Source: Octopus sinensis (taxonomy: Eukaryota). Taken from it: a DNA stretch of 64,000 nucleotides. Location of the stretch: NCBI RefSeq assembly GCF_006345805.1, contig NC_043009.1:25172001-25236000 (forward strand), written 5' to 3'. The notes under the pieces are model-generated. The model was not told where the DNA came from. It saw only the letters and a program-made list of their open reading frames with translations, and searched no databases. Position 1 is the stretch's first letter; each line of letters begins with the position of its first letter. This document shows positions 54,097 to 64,000 of the stretch, piece by piece. Made by a program: the position numbers and the translations under genes.

Positions 54097-54419
54097 CAGT
54101 GACACCTTGGCTTACAAATTTAATTTGTTCCTGAAGGCCTTTTGTCACCCAAAATATTCATAAAGCAAAACTATATTTTCTCATAGAATATTCAAGAGAA
54201 GGTACAGTAAATACAAGCAGGGATGTGAACTGAGTGAAAGCTGTATAGCAACTGATGCTCTGCCTCTTATACTCCCAGCTTGGTGCCAACTATTGTTGCC
54301 AGTTTGCCTGTTTATTACTTGAGATACCATTTGTCTCCCAAAATGTTTTGTGTTTGAAAAATTGTTTGTAAACCAAATTTGTTCATGGTGCAAGGCATTC
54401 ATAAACCAAGGTACCACTG
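54097..54419. mobile_element. pogo/Tigger-like MITE
   Basis: TIRs CAGTGACACCTTGGCTTACAAA / TTCATAAACCAAGGTACCACTG flanked by TA. Confidence 0.8.
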
Positions 54420-56901
54420 TATATAGGTCAATGGTTCAAATCCTGTCATTGGTAGTACATCTTCTCTTCACTAAGCCATCTTCAAGTGAGTTCACTTGGG
54501 TTTTTTTTTTAGGAGAGGGAAGTGCCTCCTTCTTTGGTCAGCTCTGATTCAAAGAATGATCTTATGAAAGGAATTCCATCACAGAGTGAGATAACTGGAC
54601 AATTGGGTACAGCTGTTTGGACAGCTGGCTATTTGGCACAGCTGACTGGACATAGAACCTGTTTTTGGCATCAATACTGTTTGGCACTGGAGGGAAACAC
54701 ACAAACACACTCATGCACAAATATACACATACAGAGAGAGAGAGAGAGAGCTGTTACAATTTACTAATTGGATGCAAATAACATAAACACTATCCCCTTC
54801 TCCTCAGACGCATAAATAAAGAGGAATATCCTCACACGCATAAAATAACCAGAGAGGGAGAGAAAAACATTAAAATGTTTGTGATAAAATAAGTCAGCAT
54901 CAAATCAGATGCTACGTAGGTGGCAGCAAAATAGCAATGTCAAGACACCTCCGTTCCACCAGACATAGCCTTCCTGTTTTATTCTTATTCACCTGTCTCG
55001 TTTGATTTTTCTCTACCTGTCTCTGGGTTTTTTGTTTTATCTCTTAACCTTTTACTTGTTTCCGCCACTGGGCGGTGGTCATGCTGGAGCATCAGCTTTA
55101 ATATTTTAGTCTATCAAATCGACCCCAGAACTTTTTTTTTTAAAGTCTGGTACTTATTCTATCACTCTCTTTTTGCTGAACCATTAAGTTATGAGGATGT
55201 AAACAAACCAATTGTGGTTGTCAAGCAGTAGTAGGGGGCTAACACAGAGACAAGAACTCACTCATGCACACTCACACACATACACATATACATATATATA
55301 CAATGTGCTTCCACACAGTTTCCATCTACAAATTCACTTACAAAGTATTGGTTAGCTCTCTACTTTCACTTTCACTCTTGTTTGTTTTAAACTGATAAGA
55401 CTGAAGATGATGATGATGATAACCATGGCCACCACTAATGACTACCATCATTAATGCATGGTGGCCTTCATCACTCTCTTTTCATTACAACAACATCCTA
55501 ATTAAGCCCACAATAATGACTAGTGTACTTCTTTCTCTTCCTCTCTCCTCATCTTTTTTCCTTATCTACTCTTCCTTTCTCATCCTCTTCCCTCTTCTTG
55601 CTCTTCCTTTTCTTTTTCTCTTCCTCAACTTCCTCCTCCTCATCTCATTTGTTCTTTCCTCCTTTGCTTTTATCTTCCTCTTCTCCCCTTCTTCCAGCTC
55701 TTCTCCCTGTCAATTTTTCTTCCTTTTCTTTTCTTGCCCTCGTCATCCCCCTCCCTACTCTTCGCTTCCTCCTCGTACTACTCTCTCTCTATCGCTCCTC
55801 TTTATCTTTCTTCCCTTTCCTCCATCATGACTGCCACCTCCCCCTCGACCATCTTTCATTTCTCTATTCCTCCCTTTCTCCTCCACATCACAACACACAA
55901 CCACTGCCACCCTACACTTTACATTCATCTTCTTCCCCCTCCTCTCTCATCCACCACTTCTTTTTTTTTTTATCAAGATCCTTTACTCACTGCTCTCATT
56001 CCTCTTCCTTCTCCTCCCCCTCCTCTGAGGTCTTATTCTTCTTTTTCGCCACCCCCACCATCTGTCCACACTATCCCCACACCTGGACAATGCCCATCAT
56101 CAACATCATCGTCATCATCATATCATCCTCTCTGCCCACTCTGCAGCAACAGCTGTAATTAACTTGACCTAGAAATGTCAACGCAATATATGTGCATTCA
56201 TATGCGTGGGCAGCAATGCATGTGCATATGTGTGGTATGCATTTATGGATGCATCTTAGGTTATGTGTGGTTATACATTCGCGCATGTGTGGGCGTGCAT
56301 GCATACATCTGCAGCCATGTATAAATGCATCGTTGATAGTGTGTGCGTGTATGTGCATATTCATGTAGCTGTGCATGTATTGAAGCATCTGGTTGTCCAT
56401 CTGTGCATTTATAACTTGTAATTGTGCATATGTGTGTTTGCCATTGTACATACCTATAGAAATACATCTGCATAAGTGTGAGACTATGTAAATAGATAGA
56501 CATACATACACGTATATATATATATTATATATATATATACATACATATAGATGGATAGATATACATACATAAATATACATGTGTGTATATATATATATAT
56601 ATATTCACATATATGCACACATAAAGAGATAGATATACATATGTATATAGATATAGGCATGTCTGTAGATGCATATGTATGTAATTGTGTGTGCACACAA
56701 GCATTTCTAATTGCACGTGTGAATGCATATACATATATATATATATACATATATATATATGTACATCTATATGTATGTATGTAATATATATATATGTATG
56801 TACATATATATGTATGTATGTAATATATATATGTATGTATATATATATATGTATGTAATATATATATATGTATGTATGTACACATACACAAACACACACA
56901 T

Positions 56902-56960
<59 letters not shown>

Positions 56961-57769
56961 CATGCATTTAACTGTTTGTGAATGTGCTTATATGCACATT
57001 TTTCTATAAAGGTATCTAGTATATGTGTGTGTGTGTATGTGCACATATATATGCATGTATGCATACATTTTTCCACAAAAAGGGCCTGTGTGTGTGCATT
57101 TATATTAATTCCAATATGTACATGCATCTGTGGCACTGCATATATCTGTTTTCATATGAAGATACATGCAAACATTCGTTGTCATGTGCTGGTTTGTATG
57201 CATTATAAATATAATGTGCATTAGCGAGTGCATACGTTGATATAGTCAGTGTGTTTACGTGTGTGTGTTTTAATTTGTAATCGGTAGCGTTGACTCTGTT
57301 GCATTAGTATGCTTCGACTCGAACGGCAGAAATTTCATAGATACCGTAACACCGATGCAATATCTGCAACTGCTGCGACTGTGGTGGATAATCATCAGTG
57401 AGGCTATTTTTAGTAGCCACCACATCAACACCAGGGAAATGGCATCTGTATCATCTGCGCCCTCTCAAGACCAGTTTCTGCTGGCACTGTGACATCGCTC
57501 TTCCACGTTTGCGTGTGCCGGCTGCATGCACAGCTCTTTATTGCAACAACATCTGCAACTGCTGTCACATAATCATACAAATATCCAGCTTGTTAGAGAA
57601 TTCCTAATGCTTTCTTTCATCCCAACCACCACCACCTGCTACAGCCTTTACTACTACTACTACTATTACTAATACTACCACAAACACCAACTCCACCATC
57701 AAATGAAACTCACCCTCCTGGCAAAGCCCATCCAGTCCTACCCTCAAAGTTATTCACTTTGCGCACAGG

Positions 57770-58251
57770 AATAGCTGTCTGGTAAGAAGCTTGCTTACCA
57801 ACCACATGGTTCTGGGTTCAGTCCAACTGTGTGGCACCTTGGGCAAGTGTCTTCTAGTATAGCCTCAGGCCAACCAAAACCTTCTGAGTAGATTTGGTCG
57901 ACAGAAACTGAAAGAAGCCCATTGTATATATATATGGATGTGTGTGTGTGTGTGGAGGCGCAATGGCCCAGTGTTTAGGGCAGCGGACTTGCGGTCATAG
58001 GATCGCAGTTTCGATTCCCAGACCGGGCGTTGTCAGTGTTTATTGAGCGAAAACACCAAAAGCTCCATGAGGCTCCGGCAGGGGATGGTGGCGAGCCCTG
58101 CTGTACTCTTTCGCCACAACTTTATCTCACTCTTTCTTCTGCTAGCCTGCTCGCTTAGCCAGCAGGGTGGTGTCATTTGAAGGCTAAAACAATGCGAAGT
58201 GCATTGTGACCAGCGATGTGTAACAACATCTGAATAGTCTGGTTGGTCACG

Positions 58252-58290
<39 letters not shown>

Positions 58291-58510
58291 GTATATGTTT
58301 GTATGTCTGTGTTTGTCCCTTCTCAGCGTTGCTTGACAACCAATGTTCATGTGCTTATGTCCCTGTAACTTAGCAGTTCAGCAAAAGAGACCGATAGAAA
58401 AGTACTAGGCTTACAAAGAATAAGTCCTGGGCTTGATTTGTTTGACTAAAGGCTGTGCTCCAACATGGCTGCTGTCAAATGTCTGAAACAAGTAAAAGAA
58501 TAAAAGAATA
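57770..58510 (+). mobile_element. SINE family A, split by a family B SINE
   Basis: Head ~57770-57930, insert 57954-58256, tail ~58290-58510. Confidence 0.75.
57954..58256 (+). mobile_element. tRNA-derived SINE family B
   Basis: Matches 20305-20614. Confidence 0.8.
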
Positions 58511-59415
58511 TAGCTGGAAACTTCCAGGTACTGTAAGCTTACTAGAATGTGAGTCTCTAGATAGTTCCCTGTTCTGCTGGAAACAACAGTCAAATTTCCT
58601 TCAAATCAGTGCTTCTCGTTTAAGAAATGGAAGGACACACTAGTTTAAGATAAAAGCATGACTGAAGAACTACGAATTTGTGCTGCAAACAGCTAGGACT
58701 GGATCGGCACTGACCTGGGGCTAAACAACATCAACAACAAATAGACAAATACATGTGTTATGTGTTTTTGTGAAGTGAAACCATTCAACCTGGAATGAAG
58801 CCAGCCTCTCAGTACTGGTCAACCCTACAGTGTACTACATATGTACAGTACAACATTGAACACATTACTGTTAAATTACTGCTGTTAGCCACTTGGATTG
58901 AAGAACTGGTAGGGGAGGTCTTTCAGTATATATATGTATACATGCAAAAACGAGAGATAGCAAAAGGTGGAAACTTTCAGGCGATGAACATTTAAGTATG
59001 AATATATAGATATTTATACTTATAGATCCAATTTACACAGGGTACAAATGACGGAGAAAATTGAAGGGGCAGAAGAAAGGTGTTACAAGTCCAACAGCTG
59101 TTTCTGGGGGGTTCAGAGATCCTTTATAATGTTGGTAGATGTAGTTCATCTCAACATGCGGCTGTAATGGAAGCAGTGAACACTGGATAAACTCAGCCTC
59201 TGCCATCAGGGTAGAAAATATCTTACATTTTGTATATGTATATCACTGTTATTGATTTCTATTTTTGATACAAGGCCAGCCAATGTACAGAGTTCTATGT
59301 AGTTGAAATCCAGGAGATCCAATCAGTGAAATTATTTTGTGAGAATTATAGAGACCATAAAAAGTTAGGAGGTATGAGAGGTGAATATATTTATTTAACC
59401 ACTTGATATCCATAG

Positions 59416-59570
59416 GATTACAGCTGTTTCATAACCTTTATTATATGATAATAATTTCAGTGTATAATAAATTATTTTACATGTCTGCACTAATATGTGT
59501 GCTCCATATTACAAGGTACAATTGTACATTTACAAATCAATGCAGATATAGAAGGCTTGCTCTTCAGATC
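59416..59570 (-). ncRNA. Hammerhead motif, family 3, with ~130-nt helix II insert
   Basis: gau CUGAAGA (130 nt) GAAAC AGCU GUA auc: 3-bp helix I. Confidence 0.4.
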
Positions 59571-59776
59571 ACCAGAACATCACTGTTTACATCAATGCTT
59601 CAGCTCTTGAGTTGAGATAACCATGATGTTCTGGTGATCTGACGCTTTATGATCTATGTACTCCTTTTGAATTAATTTCATAGATTGGCTCTCCTGGATT
59701 TCAGCTGCTTGGAACTCTGCCTTATACTTCTCCAATTTGGATTTCTGTGTGATATGATAGCCAGATCATGGCTATC

Positions 59777-60010
59777 AGGTGGCGATCTGGCAGAAACGGT
59801 AGCATGCCAGGCGAAATGCTTAGCGGTATTTCGTCTGCCATTACATTCTGAGTTCAAATTCCGTCGAGGTCGACTTTGCCTTTCATCCTTTTGGGGTCGA
59901 TAAATTAAGTTCCAGTTACGCACTGGGGTCGATGTAATCGACTTAATCCCTTTGTTTGTCCTTGTTTGTTCCCTCTGTGTTTAGCCCCTTCTGGACAATA
60001 AAGAAATAAG
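59777..60010 (+). mobile_element. SINE family E, full length
   Basis: GGCAGAAACGGTAGC..GAGTTCAAATTCC B box, then the Nin-like domain. Confidence 0.75.
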
Positions 60011-60984
60011 AAATAACAACCAAATCCCCCTCAGATCACGCTTAAAAAGGAGCAAAAGGAGATATCAAGTATTGTAGTTCTAGATACTCCTATCACTCTA
60101 AAGACAAACCTTAGGTAGTGTGGTCATTTTGATCAAAAGGTCTGCTCAATCAGGACTGTCCTAGGTCTAAACAACAGCAACCAGCTCAGTGCTTCTCAGC
60201 CGGATTTTGCTCATGGACCCCCTTTTATTCCTGTTTTACCCTACTGGTCCAGGGGTCGATTTGCTCAACGAAAAGCGGTGCTCCAGCATGGCCGCAGTCA
60301 AAAGACTGAAACAAATAAAAGAATATATATATATAAATATATACATGCATACACACACACATCCGCATATATATACACACACACACCTCTATGTTTGTCT
60401 CCTCTCTCTCTCTCTCTCTCTATCTATTTATGTATACATATGCATGCACACACATTTACTGTTAATTTCATTCTTATATATACAGGCACACGTATGACAA
60501 CACCATACACTGTAACCATTCTATATCATTTCTATACACATACACACAAAATCAACATGTACATAGATACATACATACATGCATACATACACACACACCA
60601 TTCATGAGTATACACTTTGCACATATGCACACACACACAAACACACCAGCACCACCCCCTCCATTCTCTAAGCACACGTAGTTCTGCACACTTGCACATA
60701 CATACACACATTGCCATTTGCTTGCATGTATTCATATGCACGTTCAAAGCAGTCACACACACACAGGCACAGTGTGCACTGGCAGATATGCATAGACACA
60801 CATACCGACACACTACTGGAATGGAAGAACAGAAGGGAGATGGCAGACGATGGAGAAGAGAGGGGGAGAGAAGGGGGTGGTTGTGAGAAAGGATGGGGTG
60901 AGGAAGAGGAGGAGATGGTACTATCAATCAAATGAATGAGATTAGATATTTAGAGTAGTGGTAGGAGATAGGGAGAGACTTACA

Positions 60985-61024
60985 TGCAGATAGATTAGAT
61001 AGATAGATAGATAGATAGATAGAT

Positions 61025-61070
<46 letters not shown>

Positions 61071-61236
61071 TGGATAGATAGATAGATAAGGATAGATAGA
61101 CAGATAGATAGATAGATATGGATAGATAGATAGATAAGGATAGATAGACAGATAGATAGATAGATAGATAGATATGGATAGCTAGATAGATAGATAGACA
61201 GATAGATAAGGATAGATAGATAGATAGATGATAGAT

Positions 61237-61268
<32 letters not shown>

Positions 61269-61330
61269 TGGATAGCTAGATAGATAGATAGACAGATAGA
61301 TAAGGATAGATAGATAGATAGATGATAGAT

Positions 61331-61366
<36 letters not shown>

Positions 61367-61435
61367 TGGATAGCTAGATAGATAGATAGACAGATAGATA
61401 AGGATAGATAGATAGATAGATAGATAGACAGACAT
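60985..61435. repeat. (GATA)n array with a higher-order unit (ATGGATAG..GACAGATAGATAAGG)
   Basis: Variant blocks recur about five times. Confidence 0.9.
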
Positions 61436-63066
61436 TCATACATGAATACAGTCAAATAGATGGATAGTTAGATAGATGGACAGGTAGACAGATAAATGGA
61501 TATGTAGATAGATATGCAGATAGACAGATTGATAGATAGATAGGCAGACAAATAGACAGAGAGATAGGTAGACTGATAGATTGATAGAAAGAGAGAGAGG
61601 GGGGGTGACAAAATGGAATAGATAAGTAGTTAGGTAGGTAGATAACCAATTAGATAGTTAGGTAGATAGATCGATAGAGAGAGCGAGAGATAGATAGAAA
61701 GACAGACAGACAGACAGACACATTGATATGGTGACATAGAAATCATAGAAAAAGACTTTGTGTGTGTGTGTGTGTAAAGGAAGATAGCTAGCAAGCCAAA
61801 TATATGGATAGATGTAGCTTGTACTGAGAGATAGGCCCAGCATAAAAGAGATACAGGTTGGGCATGGACGTGTGTGAGAAAAGGAAGAAAGATAGATGCA
61901 CAGAGAGAGAGAGGTGGGTATACAGAATGTGGATGTAATGAGGTGTGTTTGTCTAAGGGACGGTGTATATTGAAGAGCATACACACAGAATGATGAGGTA
62001 AGATTGTTCAAGTGCAAATCACTCTTTCTCTCTCTCTTTCTATATATATATATATATATGTATGTATGTGTGTGTGTGTGTGTTTCAGCCCGAGAAGATA
62101 AATGGCTGTATACTTAGAAAGAAAGAACTGGAATAGGTTAGAGAGAGAGAGAGAGAGAAGAGGGGAGTTTGTAGAGGTAGAGAGACAGATAGATTGAGTG
62201 TGTAAGAGAAAAATAGATAGCAGAAAGGCTAAAAGACAAACAGGTAGAGTAAGGGAGAGGAAGAAAAAGATAAATATGAGTGTGTGTGTGTGTGTGTGTG
62301 CCTGTGTGTACCTGTGTATGTATGTGTGTATGTTGTAAGGGGGTGGGGGGTTTGAAATGTTGAGTCAAGCAGGGCTGTACAACAACCTAATCTGTATTCA
62401 AGATGGCCGGTTACATTTGTTTTCATTGAAGAAAATTAACTGAAATTGATCCCAGTTCTCTTGCTTGGTGCTTGGCTTTTCCAAGGAGAAAAGGACGGTG
62501 GTGGTGGTGGTGGTGGTGGCGGTGGCGGCAGCGGACACTGTGATAAGTCAATCTATCATGTCTGCATTTATTCTAACACTGACTCACGCATGCGCGCACA
62601 CACGCACACACACACGCACACACATTTGCATACATACACTCCACACGTGCATACACGTATACATACCCATGCATGTGACTACACTCTCACACACACACAG
62701 ACATACGCACACACACGCATGCACTCATACCTTCCGTTTTGTGCTTTTTCTTTGCTTCTTTCATACACACACACACACACACAAAAGCTGTCCTTCATGC
62801 ACACACATACACCTGCATACGCTTTCTGTCTCACACAAGTTCCTCCTCTTACACATGCACACACACACATATATGCAATCTGTCTTTCATACATATACAC
62901 ACCCAAAGTCTCACACAAATGCAACCACCCCCACCCACCACCCCACCTCCCCTCTTACACCCATGTGCCAAAAGAAAATAGCCATAAACGTCTTCACCAG
63001 TCACTTTGGCTCATAAAAACCAATGTTCTGCTAATCCACATTGTTTAGCGCCAAACGTATGAAAGA

Positions 63067-63110
<44 letters not shown>

Positions 63111-63454
63111 CCCCTTGTCCATTCACAAGACTGGAGACCTATCTACTTCTTCAATGCCAGGTAAACTAACACACACATACACACACACGAACAAACAACC
63201 AAGCAGTAGTTGTCGTAAATGCAACCTTTCTAGGAGACCTGCAACTCAAAAATAAGAAATAATATTCGATGAAGAGGGCTCGACATCTCTTGTTGTTTTT
63301 GCCCTGGCCCTGAGTCATCACCATCACTATCATCATCATATTGACATCTGCTTTTCCATGCTTGCATGGGAGTCAAATGGATTTTATCGATGCAGTGACA
63401 TGTAAAAAACACCAACCGATCGTGGCCGTCTGCCAGCCACCTCTGGCCCCTGTG

Positions 63455-63642
63455 CTGGTGGCACTTAAAAAGCACCCACTACACTCACAGAGTGGTTGGC
63501 GTTAGGATGGGCACCCAGCTGTAGAAACACTGCCAGATCAGACTGGAGCCTGGCGCAGCCACCTGGCTTCCCAGACCCCGGTTGAACTGTCTAACCCATG
63601 CTAGCATGGAAAACGGACGTTAAACGATGATGATGATGATGC
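63455..63642 (+). mobile_element. SINE 3' tail ending in (TGA)n (RTE-type tail)
   Basis: CCATGC.AGCATGGAAAACGGACGTTAAACGATGATGATG; related copies at ~43125, ~44325, ~46310, ~47140 and ~53700. Confidence 0.65.
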
Positions 63643-64000
63643 TTTTCCTGCCACCAGCCCTTACTTGTTTTCAAGCTAGGTATTATTTATTCCCCGTGGC
63701 CTGACATGTTTTTGCAGAATATTGGAAATGAATGACACAGCCTGTATGATTGTCATAATACACATTTAGAACTGTCAGGCTCTAAGAGATACAAAGAGAG
63801 ACAAAGAGACACTCACTTATGCATACACACGTATATGTGTGTACATATATACATACATGTTTACATACATATATATTTATATATATATATATCTATATAT
63901 TTCAGTGCGAATAGTTTTTTATTTGGCGGCATGATTTACAATCCTGTAAAGAATAATAATGGTATTTTTATATAAGCTCAAAGCTTATGGCGATCACCAT

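Noticed and set aside
54608-54622. CAAACAGCUGUA-like motif and clustered CAGCTG
   Set aside because: G12 is missing and there is no CUGANGA partner.
59690-59745. Minus-strand KYKAEFQAAE resembling TRAP1 exon 3 (HEFQAET)
   Set aside because: Wrong strand, no LLDIVA continuation, and partly repeated at ~59290-59330.
63150-63186. Micro-exon-like AG...CCAG|GTAAAC after a (CT)n tract
   Set aside because: Its peptide does not match the expected TRAP1 exon 3; the pyrimidine tract is just a microsatellite.

Overview
Eukaryotic, very repeat-rich and microsatellite-rich genomic DNA. The SINE and LINE repertoire and the TA/CA/AAT microsatellite load suggest a coleoid cephalopod (Octopus-like); this is inference. 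Nearly all ORFs in the supplied track are translations of simple repeats. The only host gene I can support is the 5' end of TRAP1 (mitochondrial HSP90/HSP75) on the + strand: coding exon 40399-40528 (mitochondrial presequence) splices in phase 1 to exon 45028-45231 (ending ...DYHSIIKSDECAK-G). The next exon is not recognisable in the window. A GC-rich CRE/ETS island at ~36.0-36.2 kb may be its promoter and non-coding first exon. The rest is transposon debris: an R4/Dong-type RLE LINE, RTE and CR1 LINE pieces, an internally deleted mariner, Tc2-, Tigger-, hAT- and piggyBac-like MITEs, a Helitron, a TIR element carrying a BEL/Pao 3' end, several tRNA-derived SINE families, long palindromes, and a 100-N gap at 17232-17331. 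The most notable observation is three sequence-distinct families of small elements carrying minimal type-I hammerhead-ribozyme motifs (CUGANGA...GAAA...NUH with a palindromic helix III, the Penelope/retrozyme architecture). One family is fused to a tRNA-derived Pol III head, i.e. a candidate ribozyme-bearing SINE. No folding or database search was run; helices were paired by eye and many repeat boundaries are approximate.
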